From: a virus
IMG/VR virus record: IMGVR_UViG_3300042259_000159
Direction: 5' to 3' (one strand)
Length of the DNA stretch: 64,000 nucleotides
This document shows, piece by piece, positions 36,615 to 45,693 of this stretch (its first letter is position 1; the number at the start of each line of letters is the position of its first letter). Made by a program: the position numbers and the translations under genes. The notes below the pieces were generated by a model. The model had not been told where the DNA came from, searched no databases, and worked only from the letters and a program-made list of their open reading frames with translations.

Positions 36615-36890
36615 ATGACAAAGCTTGAAAAACAGAACGCTAAAAAATGGGATGAAATTTGCAACCTCCTCCGCGCCCACGGCTATGAAATGGACCGTTA
36701 TGGCAATATGGTCAAGGGCGAAAAGGGTAGTGCCGTGAGATATAAGAAGATGGCTCGCAATGTGCGCAAAGAGCGTGATTTTTATACGGAAGGGTATGAC
36801 GGGAAAATGGAAAGGCTTTGGCGTAAAGTGTGGTCCATACCGCTTAAGCAGCTTGCCATTGTGGATGGAAAAATAACAAAAAATAAGTGA
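36615..36890 (+). CDS. hypothetical basic protein
   Basis: ATG after AAGGACGG. Confidence 0.45.
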   Translation: MTKLEKQNAKKWDEICNLLRAHGYEMDRYGNMVKGEKGSAVRYKKMARNVRKERDFYTEGYDGKMERLWRKVWSIPLKQLAIVDGKITKNK

Positions 36891-36978
36891 TTTGGTGCAT
36901 TGCGGGGAATCCTGAAAATAATCCTGACAGGATTCCCTGCCCCAGCGTGTCAAAAAACAAAACAGATTGGAGGATACA

Positions 36979-37206
36979 ATGATAGATGAAAATATCCGCT
37001 TCATTAGCATAGAACACGATTATCAGAATAGTGCGGTTCGAAGCTGGTTTAATGTTGACGGTCAGGATTGGTGTATTCACCTTTCCACTATGACAGGGGA
37101 GCGAACTATGCTTGACAGTGAGGGCTATCCAGTTTATCCGCGCAATAGACGTGAAGATGCTATCTGGCGTAGGCTTTTGCAACACGTATATAGGGAGCAG
37201 GTATGA
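36979..37206 (+). CDS. hypothetical protein
   Basis: ATG after GGAGGA. Confidence 0.45.
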   Translation: MIDENIRFISIEHDYQNSAVRSWFNVDGQDWCIHLSTMTGERTMLDSEGYPVYPRNRREDAIWRRLLQHVYREQV

Positions 37207-37460
37207 AAAATATAAAAGCAGTGGATAGAAAAAAGGACCTTTCCACAGGAACCATTGAGTTGATTCATTGGTTTCAGGATCAAGCGCACTGGCAAAAGGA
37301 TCCGTGTTTCAATAGGATGTGCATTCATGTCGCTGATTGCCTTGAGTGTGGGACAATTACACCGATGGAGGGTTATGATATACAGGCATATGTACATCTA
37401 TACGGATTATTCCCGGAGTGGCCGAAGGCGCGGGCGTCAAACTACTCACATACCATCTAG
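37203..37460 (+). CDS. hypothetical protein
   Basis: ATGA overlap with the upstream gene. Confidence 0.45.
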   Translation: MKNIKAVDRKKDLSTGTIELIHWFQDQAHWQKDPCFNRMCIHVADCLECGTITPMEGYDIQAYVHLYGLFPEWPKARASNYSHTI

Positions 37461-37478
37461 TACACCAAGGAGCATATT

Positions 37479-37808
37479 ATGACCACAGTGAAAAGATTAC
37501 AGAAGCTGGTTGAAGACATTGCAAGAGACATTGAAAACGGCGTAATTGATTGCGAACCCGTGGACGGTGAAGAGCCTACGGCATTTGATTACCTACAAAA
37601 CGCACTTGCTATTGAGTACATTGTCAGCAGCAGGAAAGAATATCTTGGCGCACGCATCATGGTTGCATGTGGCGGACCTGATATCTGGATTAATACACGC
37701 ACAAACACTGTGGAAGGCTACTGGGGCTCTAATGCAGCCGTGGCCATGGCCTCGGCATTGTTCCGCCGTCACGGAAAAGCGCTGGAGGAATTATACTTGT
37801 GTAGTTAG
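37479..37808 (+). CDS. hypothetical protein
   Basis: ATG after AAGGAG. Confidence 0.45.
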   Translation: MTTVKRLQKLVEDIARDIENGVIDCEPVDGEEPTAFDYLQNALAIEYIVSSRKEYLGARIMVACGGPDIWINTRTNTVEGYWGSNAAVAMASALFRRHGKALEELYLCS

Positions 37809-37861
37809 GGGCTACGTTAAAATTAGCAAAAACTTCAAAAAAGGCGTTGACAAGGTTGACG

Positions 37862-37951
37862 CCTTTTTTACGTCTAAATCCAGAGGACTTTTTCATTTTA
37901 AAAGGTCTAGAGAGGTTTTTCATTTTGGGAGGTCTAAAGAACATTTTCAAT
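37862..37951 (+). repeat. 90-bp direct repeat, copy 2
   Basis: See 33288..33377; it also follows a terminator hairpin. Confidence 0.9.
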
Positions 37952-38087
37952 CCGATGCAGCCTTTGCCGCGTATAGCCGTGACCGCATTGGTTTGGATGG
38001 AGAACTGGAGGGATTGTATGCGTGTAAGCCTCCGCTAACACACATAAGGCTGCTTACAGTAAAAATAGAAAAACTATTCAAAACCGC

Positions 38088-38116
38088 TTGACAAAACCGG
38101 GCGGTTCTTCTATTGT
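38088..38116 (+). promoter_or_regulatory. composite hairpin / sigma70 promoter, second copy (AAACCGCttgacaaaaccgGGCGGTT; TTGACA-N17-TATTGT)
   Basis: About 45 nt near-identical to 31610..31655. Confidence 0.55.
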
Positions 38117-38157
38117 GTTCCTAACGAACACAAACACTCAACAAAGAGAGGTAAAGA

Positions 38158-38502
38158 ATGTTTCCTATCAAGATGAATGTCAAGCATTTTTATGCCGCCA
38201 GAAAAGCGTTCCTGCATGCATTTATGCGCCACAACAACCCCGACAGTATATTCGACGAGACAGATTGCGCGATCAATGCCGTAAATCGTGAAAGAATCTA
38301 TAAAAAAAGAGAAAAGGACGCGTTTGTTGTTGGATTTCTTGCGTTTTTGTCTGATATTGACAATATCAAAGAGCTGTACAGACAGCACGGGGAAGATGCT
38401 GTTATGAAGACTTGGCTAGTAGACAAAAAACTGGTGCTTACCGGTGACGAAGATATGATAGACGATGTTCTGTATAGGGTAGGGCTCAAGGTAGCTAAAT
38501 AA
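38158..38502 (+). CDS. hypothetical protein
   Basis: ATG after AGAGAGG. Confidence 0.45.
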   Translation: MFPIKMNVKHFYAARKAFLHAFMRHNNPDSIFDETDCAINAVNRERIYKKREKDAFVVGFLAFLSDIDNIKELYRQHGEDAVMKTWLVDKKLVLTGDEDMIDDVLYRVGLKVAK

Positions 38503-38742
38503 TCAAAAAACCTCAAAACAACATAAATAACAGGAGCACACTATAACTGACCGCACATTCTTTATCCACCTTATATCCGGCCACGTTGCTACGCTCGAAG
38601 AGTGGAGGGCAGACTATAAGTCAATGGATGCAGAACTATGGCACGGCAAGCCCGCTGAAGAGTGCAACCCTGATGAATGGCTTAAAGACGGCCTCCTTGA
38701 GGAATATGAAGCGGATCCCAACGAATAAAGCAGTTACACCAC

Positions 38743-38768
38743 AGAGGCACCTATGAGGTGCCTCTTCT
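38743..38768 (+). terminator. rho-independent terminator
   Basis: AGAGGCACCtatgAGGTGCCTCT followed by a T-rich tail. Confidence 0.6.
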
Positions 38769-39136
38769 TATGCCTACTAGCGCCGTTATCAGGGTAACGG
38801 CAGGAATCAGCGGGAAACATGTATATAAGGAAAGAAAAACTAAAAGATAACCTAGGACATACGTAAGAGGTAAAAAGCATTAGAAGGCGCATAAGGGGCA
38901 CTAAATATGCCCCTTATTTGTTTGTGTGTCTAATAGGCTTTGTGTGTGCAAAAAGGCTTGTATAGCGGCTTTATCATGGAAGCCGCGCATACAGGCAAGG
39001 CTTTTAGCACTATATATGCACAGATACGGTGTATCCGTGAATATGGTTAATAATCTCTAAATACCTGCCCGAAAGATATGAAATATCTTGAGGGGGGAAA
39101 CACACAATAATCCTCCTGTCAAGTGTTACTGATTTT

Positions 39137-39273
39137 GAATATCATTATCAATGGAGATATTGTCATTGAACAGCATAACGCTGTTATACACACGGATCAA
39201 TTAATTCCCATCGATCAGCATTTCGCTGGTGCTGCTGGAATCAACACTTGTTGAGATAATGACATCCATTATC
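39137..39273. promoter_or_regulatory. Fur-box-like sites in the non-coding region
   Basis: GATAATGACATCCATTATC (39255-39273) matches the 19-mer at 16/19. GAATATCATTATCAAT lies at 39137-39152. Confidence 0.35.
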
Positions 39274-39302
39274 AATGCTGTTCAATGGCCGTTTTCAACG
39301 GC

Positions 39303-39322
39303 AATGTTTCACGTGAAACATT
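39303..39322. repeat. perfect 20-bp palindrome AATGTTTCACGTGAAACATT
   Basis: Self-complementary by inspection; flanked by hairpin GCCGTTttcAACGGC (39288-39302). Confidence 0.9.
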
Positions 39323-39526
39323 CCTGATCAGAATACTGGCAAGAAACATTGATAACGACAATCTTTATCAACGTATCTGGCGATCCTTTCAGGTTAACAC
39401 AAATCTGGAAGAAAGTAAAGTAATATAAATTTTAATAAGGGGTTGACATCTTCCTGATATTTTGATATTATAGAAAGAGAGGCGTATGGGGAGGGGGGAG
39501 GCCTTAAGCACCGGTATACTTATATA

Positions 39527-39576
39527 CCAAGTACCCCTATAGGTTCATGCCGGATATTTGCCCAAGTACCCCTATA
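39527..39576 (+). repeat. direct repeat CCAAGTACCCCTATA x2
   Basis: Copies at 39527-39541 and 39562-39576. A related TATACCAAGTA occurs at approx 20171. Confidence 0.8.
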
Positions 39577-39967
39577 ATGGTATACCGATATACTTATACA
39601 CACCATATCTGCACACAGAAGGTATAGGGGGATATTTCCTGCTAGGATATTTCCACACAAAAAGGGGGAGTATATGGGAGGGATATTCCTGAAGGGAATA
39701 GATATTTTAGACAGGTATATATATATTATCTCTATGCTATATATACTCTATATATGTATATTCCATATATACATATTTCTTCTTATTCTATTCTTCTATT
39801 TCTACTAATGAGATATATACATATTAGGACAGCATATGCATGTGTCTACATCACATGTAGACACATATATACACATTCCCTTTCCTAACGGACAGCCGTA
39901 TTATAACATATTTTTTGGATTTTGTCAAGAACTTTTTTGTATTTCACATGGAAAATATTTCATACCG

Positions 39968-40085
39968 GCTATTCCTTTTGGGAATAGCCTATTCCATTTT
40001 GGAATAACCATTCCTAGGGGAATAGCCTGTTCCCAGAGGGAACAGACATACCCGAAGGGAATAGATATGCCCATTGGAAATAGCA
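39968..40085. repeat. array of inverted repeats built on GGAATAGC / GCTATTCC
   Basis: GCTATTCCttttgGGAATAGC, CTATTCCattttGGAATAA, CATTCCtaggGGAATAG, CCTGTTCCCagagGGAACAG, GGGAATAGA, GGAAATAGC. Confidence 0.8.
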
Positions 40086-40187
40086 AAAGCCCACACACCT
40101 GTAAAGATATGTGGGCTGATAACATTAACAGTGTTAATAACATTAGCGAAGCTAATAATATTTTATCCTATCAATCAATACCTGTAG

Positions 40188-40418
40188 CTACGTGATCGAG
40201 GCAGAGCACCTGTGGTCGAGGTAGAACACCTTGCCAATGCAGAAGGTATGCCCTTCCTTCATAATGCGGAATGTTGCTTGCATGGGCACATTTACCTCCA
40301 CTACCCACTGGATGCCTTGTTCAGGCCAGAAACTCAAGCTGCCGTTAAACTCAAAAGGCTTTGCTTCACAACCCTTCACAGCGGTATTTATCTCTTCCAT
40401 ACCATCTTCACCAGTCAT
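40188..40418 (-). CDS. hypothetical protein
   Basis: ATGA overlap with the methyltransferase stop. Confidence 0.4.
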   Translation of the reverse strand: MTGEDGMEEINTAVKGCEAKPFEFNGSLSFWPEQGIQWVVEVNVPMQATFRIMKEGHTFCIGKVFYLDHRCSASIT

Positions 40419-41269
40419 GACTCCACGGAATCAAGCAAACTTGGCTGCTTATTTCTACGGCTAATAGCCTCGGCGTCTAGCCGCTTAGCGATTATCTCGC
40501 AGTACTTTTCTTCGCGCTCTATCAGGATCCAGCGGCGGCTAGCACGCTCGGCTGCAACTGCTGTTGTGCCGCTGCCCGCGCAGAAATCAAGCACTGTTTC
40601 ACCTTCGTTGGTGTAGGTTTTGATGAGGTATTCCATTAGGGCAACAGGTTTTTGGGTTGGATGGAGTGCTTCAGAGTCTTGGCTAAATTTAATAACACCG
40701 CGAGGGTAGTTTGTAAATTCTTGTTTATAGCTTTCAGATTTGGTCAGATCATTATGTACACTTGTCCTATCCCCATTCTCTTTTAGAGAATCCTTCCGTG
40801 TCTTTGTCCCCGTGTTTTTTACCACCTTGTCCACCTTTACAAGCCCCTGCGCGTTATAAGTTGGCTGCTTGCGGTAGAATACAAGCACGTCCTCAAATCC
40901 TTTTAGCGGCATCCTTTTGGCATTGGGGAAATTTGTTGGACGACCTTTCTCCCAGACCCATGTGTATTTAAGCATTTTGAGATTACTAGCCCCCAAAAGA
41001 CTTGTAAACGGCTGGCTAGCAGTCATAACAACAGCCCCACTAGGCTTGATAGCCCGCTTCAACTGCTCCCACATTGGCTCTAGCGGAATAATGCTATCCC
41101 ACTTACACGCCGTCATTCCAATTCAGCCGTAGGGTGGATCGCATAACACCAGGTCTATAGAGCCGTCTGGGATATATTTCATAACCTCAAGACAATCTCC
41201 ATGAACCAACGTGTTAGGCAATACGCACCCTACGTGCTGTATCTCCTTTTCGTTAGTTATAGTAAACAT
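40415..41269 (-). pseudogene. N6/N4 DNA methyltransferase (beta class) with an in-frame TGA after DPPYG
   Basis: ATG 41269 ... VLCDPPYG-TGA(41125..41123)-IGMTACKWD ... HPTQKP ... FCAGSGTT, all in one frame. The track ORF 40415..41116 is the downstream part. Confidence 0.7.
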
Positions 41270-41811
41270 TAAATAAAATACTCCTGTATGTTTAGTTTCA
41301 AATTATTCCAATCTGTTTGTGTCATATCATTTTTGCACCTATTTTCAAACCACGACAAAAACTGCAAGTTTTCTATGTCATTAGTTCCTCCTTTTGCTTT
41401 TGGTGTTATGTGGTCTATTGATGGCTTTTTGTATTTTTCTTTACCGCCGCTAACCCATCTTTCATAAATCCTATTAAATTGATCGTCATAGTAAAACCTA
41501 CTTATATAACTTTTGTACCATTCAGTTGATATGTCCCATCTGCCTGAACGATTCGTAATTACATCATTTAACAGCTTTAATTTATCAAAATCCTTAAACT
41601 GCATTAACCAATCAGTCGTTACGTCAAACCTCAAGTGTGTTGCCATGTTGTTATAATTGCGCTCAATATCACAATTAAATTTTTTAACACCTCTTAGATT
41701 CTTGGGCTTTCTGGTCTGTACCCCATTTCTCTTCAGGATTCTTGATATTAGTTTGTGATTAGTACCTAGCTTATCCGCTATAGAGCGCATTGAATCGCCA
41801 CTTTTGTACAA
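41269..41811 (-). CDS. HNH endonuclease with N-terminal HTH
   Basis: SIDHITPKAKGGTNDIENLQFLSWFENRCKND. Its stop overlaps the methyltransferase ATG (TAATG). Confidence 0.75.
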   Translation of the reverse strand: MYKSGDSMRSIADKLGTNHKLISRILKRNGVQTRKPKNLRGVKKFNCDIERNYNNMATHLRFDVTTDWLMQFKDFDKLKLLNDVITNRSGRWDISTEWYKSYISRFYYDDQFNRIYERWVSGGKEKYKKPSIDHITPKAKGGTNDIENLQFLSWFENRCKNDMTQTDWNNLKLNIQEYFI

Positions 41812-41816
41812 TTCAA

Positions 41817-42218
41817 CTAATGGATAAATAGGTAATCCCCAATCTCCTCGGGGCGTTTAGCATTTTTTACCTGCTCATTATAAGGAAGAACCAAGAGTTC
41901 ACCAACAGCATCCCTTTTGGATACAGGCAGTTTTTCTTCCAGCCGTTTTTGCATAGACTCGGAGTCCATTCCCATCAACAGCTCAAAAATCTCCAAATCT
42001 TTTAGACGATTATCGGTGGCAGGTAGAAGCGATCCAAGTATACAGGCTTTATTGAGTATCAGGGGTTTGCGCCCTTTCCAGTAACTGCCAAGAGCGGTCA
42101 ATGTTTTGCTCTGAACAGCGCTCTGTTCTTTAAAACTTTCAGCGGATATTTTTTGCACTGGAAAGAGATGTTCAATCAGTGCCGGTTTATCTTTCCATTC
42201 GAACGGTTTCAGTGCCAT
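41817..42218 (-). CDS. DUF1156-like N-terminal fragment (domain normally at the N-terminus of large DNA methylases)
   Basis: From MALKPFEWKDK: LIEHLFPVQKISAESFKEQ...YWKGRKPLILNKACILGSLLP resembles DUF1156. Only about 133 aa; it ends 5 nt before the HNH gene. Confidence 0.4.
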   Translation of the reverse strand: MALKPFEWKDKPALIEHLFPVQKISAESFKEQSAVQSKTLTALGSYWKGRKPLILNKACILGSLLPATDNRLKDLEIFELLMGMDSESMQKRLEEKLPVSKRDAVGELLVLPYNEQVKNAKRPEEIGDYLFIH

Positions 42219-42448
42219 CAGATATCTCCCTTTTCTATAAATCCAACAAGAGGAAGGACTTCTTGTTTTGCTTGTATATTGTACATCTGGCAAAGATCAG
42301 TAAGATTGTCAGAAGATGTAACCCACTTACCAACCTGATTTTTGACATCGAAAAAGGTAACACCCTTATTGTGATTGCATGGTAAGAGGTTTTCAAAAAG
42401 ATTATGGCACCCCCTTAAGGAGGGCTTTTGTATCATAACACCTTCCAC
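42218..42448 (-). CDS. hypothetical protein
   Basis: ORF track. Confidence 0.3.
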   Translation of the reverse strand: MEGVMIQKPSLRGCHNLFENLLPCNHNKGVTFFDVKNQVGKWVTSSDNLTDLCQMYNIQAKQEVLPLVGFIEKGDI

Positions 42449-42592
42449 AGGTGGGACAAAATATTAAACTGGTTAGTTCTGTTTGGTGTATAGTCATCAA
42501 CACACCCTCCCATCACTTGTCATTTGCTTGCTCCTCTGTGTTTTTTGTATGGTTTTATAGCCTCGGCATCGCCCCTGCTTTCTGCCCATTGC

Positions 42593-43417
42593 TTAGATGA
42601 TTGCTTTATTCTCATGTGCACTCTCAATGCGCCGCTTGGCAATGTTGAAATAGCCTTGGTCTAGCTCAATACCGATAAAGCAGCGGTTCAGCAGCTTGGC
42701 CATCTTGCCAGTCGTACCGCTGCCCATGAAGGGGTCGAAAATCGTATCGCCTTCGTTTGACCAGCTTGATATATGTCTTTGCGCTAATTTTTCAGGAAAA
42801 ATTGCAGGGTGCTTAAACGCCTCACTATCCATTGTTGAGTGACCTTTACCTGTCGTTATGTACCATATATTTCCATCTATCTTATCTAATCCAACTGGTT
42901 TCCTTTTCTTGCCACTTCTGGCACTGCGCATTTTTTCAGTTGTAGATGAAAAATAACTGTTCTGACGTGAAGTTTCTTTTTCCGGATATTTTGTCGGAAC
43001 TCGAATGGCGTTAAAGGTTTTAGGTCTACCCTTACTAAAAACAAACATATACTCAAAATCTTGTTCGTATCTGTTGTGGTTTTTCGGTAGTGCGTTTTTA
43101 TGGTATATCATCGTATCATGCAGCCGGAAGCCGCACTCCATAGCCCACAATGCTTGCTTAAAGCTAGTACCTGTCTCACTACCCTTAATCGTGGCGTCAC
43201 CAACAACCCAAACAACAACCCCACCATCTTTAGTAACACGGTATAGGTCTTTAATAACCGCCTTCCAAACATGCTCTCCCCACAACGCATTATTGCCGTT
43301 ATAAGTGCGCAGATTATCGTATGGTGGGCTTGTTACCGTTAAATCAACAATACCATCAGGTATTTCTTTCATCCGCTCAAGGCAATCGCCTAGCATCAGC
43401 TTAATCATCATCACCAC
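42593..43417 (-). CDS. N6/N4 DNA methyltransferase (SPPY type)
   Basis: LTVTSPPYDN, HPAIFPEKL, FDPFMGSGTTG. Confidence 0.8.
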   Translation of the reverse strand: MVMMIKLMLGDCLERMKEIPDGIVDLTVTSPPYDNLRTYNGNNALWGEHVWKAVIKDLYRVTKDGGVVVWVVGDATIKGSETGTSFKQALWAMECGFRLHDTMIYHKNALPKNHNRYEQDFEYMFVFSKGRPKTFNAIRVPTKYPEKETSRQNSYFSSTTEKMRSARSGKKRKPVGLDKIDGNIWYITTGKGHSTMDSEAFKHPAIFPEKLAQRHISSWSNEGDTIFDPFMGSGTTGKMAKLLNRCFIGIELDQGYFNIAKRRIESAHENKAII

Positions 43418-43613
43418 CCATCAGCCCGTCAAACAAATCATCGGTATATCCTTCAATTTTCCCTTCAATATGCCCATCAATCCATGCCCCACCGTATGTT
43501 TTAGGGTAGGGGCTAGTAACACCTTCTAGCTTGTTACGGCTATCCTGTTCACAACACAAGGGGATGTACTTGTTCTGTTCATTTTCACAATCCACCTCAA
43601 TCACATATCTCAT
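43401..43613 (-). CDS. hypothetical protein
   Basis: ORF track. Confidence 0.4.
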   Translation of the reverse strand: MRYVIEVDCENEQNKYIPLCCEQDSRNKLEGVTSPYPKTYGGAWIDGHIEGKIEGYTDDLFDGLMGGDDD

Positions 43614-43634
43614 GATTTCTCCTTTTATTCGCTC

Positions 43635-44351
43635 TTATATTTCCGAAAGACGCTTGTTTCCCCTGAACCTTTTACCTTCCGAGTAATTTATTCTCTCCTC
43701 AAGATCAAGCATCCTCGCCCACAATTCCGGCTTATTATTTTTAACAGCCAAAAGGCTGTCCAAGGGTTGAAGGGGGCAGCAATAGCAGGATACCCTATTC
43801 ATGTGTTTGTAGAGGCCCCCCCAATCAAAGCCCCTATCATAGCAGTATTCAAGGGCTGATTTTTCGTCCATATCCCACTCTATCAAAGGAAAACGAAGAA
43901 TCCATCCATGTTTTTCAGCATTAGCATTCATTGTTCTAGAGAGCGCCCTCTCTGATTCATCTTTTGCAAAGCCAATACACTTAACAATGTTACCATCTAT
44001 TTTTTTATAGCTCATCCCCCTCAAATAGTAATCAAAAGCTTTTATCTTTTCTCTTGTACACCACCTTCTAGACGGTGATGGCCATCCAACACCACGGCAC
44101 CTTACTTCTTTAGTCCCCCTAGAGACCACTTCGTGCTCCGTAAGCCAATAATCAAAGGGTTTGTTTGGTTTGAGTATGGTGATTTTGCGAGAAATATAGT
44201 CTTCAACCTTTTTGATATGATCATACATCTCGGGAAATTCCCAACCTGTGTCAAACATAACAATGTCTTCAATCTTTTCTCCACATTCAATGGCCTTCAA
44301 AAGCATTGCTGTAGAATCCTTTCCCCCGCTAAAACTAAAAAATTGTCGCAT
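43635..44351 (-). CDS. PAPS reductase-like PP-loop ATPase
   Basis: N-terminal FSFSGGKDSTAMLL (SGGKDS PP-loop). Confidence 0.65.
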   Translation of the reverse strand: MRQFFSFSGGKDSTAMLLKAIECGEKIEDIVMFDTGWEFPEMYDHIKKVEDYISRKITILKPNKPFDYWLTEHEVVSRGTKEVRCRGVGWPSPSRRWCTREKIKAFDYYLRGMSYKKIDGNIVKCIGFAKDESERALSRTMNANAEKHGWILRFPLIEWDMDEKSALEYCYDRGFDWGGLYKHMNRVSCYCCPLQPLDSLLAVKNNKPELWARMLDLEERINYSEGKRFRGNKRLSEI

Positions 44352-44371
44352 ATACTACTCCTTTTTGCAAT

Positions 44372-44599
44372 CTAACGTTTATTAACATATTTTCCTCTGA
44401 CAGGTACTCCCCTGTAAAGCACAGGTGTATCAAAATAGTACTCTTCTGTCAACCTGTTTAGAGGAGTATAATGCCAAGTTTGGTTTTTATTTGATGTCCA
44501 TGAAAAATGAGGAAAGGGGAATATCTTTTCACAATTAACCCTCCCTCCACATGTAATTTGTTTCCAGATTGCCCAGATAAGACAGTTACCGTACCGCAT
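44372..44599 (-). CDS. hypothetical protein
   Basis: ORF track. Confidence 0.4.
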   Translation of the reverse strand: MRYGNCLIWAIWKQITCGGRVNCEKIFPFPHFSWTSNKNQTWHYTPLNRLTEEYYFDTPVLYRGVPVRGKYVNKR

Positions 44600-44631
44600 A
44601 AACTTACCACGTATAAAAGAGGATATAAAAG

Positions 44632-44943
44632 TTAAAGTTTGTCATCCAACCCCTTTATCCACCGACTATACTCTGTATCTGAGAGGCCAAAATATTCTTG
44701 AAGGGTAACACCTTCACATTCATCGCCACCATACCGCTTATCGATCATGTTGTCAACAATTTTCCTGTTTATCTTTTGAGGCTTATTTAATGTTGATGCC
44801 ACATACTTAACATCTAGAACGTGGTATACATACAGGAGAACAATCCAAATAAACGGAGTCATCCCACTAAAGGTGGCATAAAGGGTCGCTACAAACAAGG
44901 TAGCAATAGTGGCAAAGTAAGAAACAATAAAAACAGGGTACAC
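44632..44943 (-). CDS. membrane protein
   Basis: Two N-terminal TM segments. Confidence 0.4.
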   Translation of the reverse strand: MYPVFIVSYFATIATLFVATLYATFSGMTPFIWIVLLYVYHVLDVKYVASTLNKPQKINRKIVDNMIDKRYGGDECEGVTLQEYFGLSDTEYSRWIKGLDDKL

Positions 44944-44954
44944 GGCAACACCTC

Positions 44955-45152
44955 CTAAATATGTTCTTCTATAAGATTCTTTGTACTTATAACACAGAAC
45001 CTGATGGAGCTATACAGCCCAAGGAGCAAACCTGTGGTAATGAAGCCGCTAACAACTATGCTTCCTGACAAAGCCATAACCAGAAGATAGGCAAAGAAGA
45101 GACAACCACACAACGATCCTGCAAAATCAAGCAGTGTTTTAAAGCCTTTCAT
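44955..45152 (-). CDS. small membrane protein
   Basis: ATG at 45152 after GGAG (MKGFKTLLDF...). Confidence 0.4.
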   Translation of the reverse strand: MKGFKTLLDFAGSLCGCLFFAYLLVMALSGSIVVSGFITTGLLLGLYSSIRFCVISTKNLIEEHI

Positions 45153-45693
45153 GTTGTTCTTTCTCCATAATATATTGACAAATAACTTTTGCTGCTTTTT
45201 CGTCACTTACTAGGTTTATAAAAGGTATATTATACTCTATAAGAAAGTTTTTTATCTTAATATCTACCTCTTCAGCCTCTTTTACATCCTTTTGGGTGCG
45301 TCCCTTTGAATCATAGGGGAACTTTTTATTTCTTTCCAAGAGGATGTTAACGTTGTCATATGCATTGAAAGTTTCAACAACAAGGTGTTGAAATGCGTTT
45401 TTAGGAACAAAACCATCAACCTTGCAATAGATGGCTGATAGGAGTATAGGGCTGTCTGTAACCACGAAGTCTGCCTGCCCATAGATACTTTTCTGTTGCA
45501 GTAGCTGTTTTGCGAAAATGTAGAGTTGCTCTTCTTGGAGAATCTTCTCTCTGCCCTGATATACCAAGCTTTTAGCATACTCTGTTACCAGTTCAGTGCT
45601 CAGATGTCTCCTTTTCATTACTGAGAAAAGATCCGCAGCGACAGTGCTTTTACCGGCACAAGGCCCACCAAAGATGTTGATTATTTTAGTCAT
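45139..45693 (-). CDS. P-loop NTPase (AAA_28-like)
   Basis: Walker A GGPCAGKST; later VVTDSP. Confidence 0.5.
   Translation of the reverse strand: MTKIINIFGGPCAGKSTVAADLFSVMKRRHLSTELVTEYAKSLVYQGREKILQEEQLYIFAKQLLQQKSIYGQADFVVTDSPILLSAIYCKVDGFVPKNAFQHLVVETFNAYDNVNILLERNKKFPYDSKGRTQKDVKEAEEVDIKIKNFLIEYNIPFINLVSDEKAAKVICQYIMEKEQHERL

Noticed and set aside
33267-38038. ORFs 33267..33458+, 33182..33409-, 37847..38038+ and 37729..37950- translating the repeat blocks.
   Set aside because: They are read through the terminator and iteron DNA. The identical peptides simply reflect the 90-bp DNA repeat, and there is no RBS.
41123-41125. In-frame TGA considered as evidence for a TGA-recoding genetic code across the phage.
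   Set aside because: Many well-supported genes end at a TGA immediately followed by the next gene's RBS or start (e.g. 16711, 30024, 31393, 32928). Conserved proteins show no other internal TGAs, so the standard code is retained.
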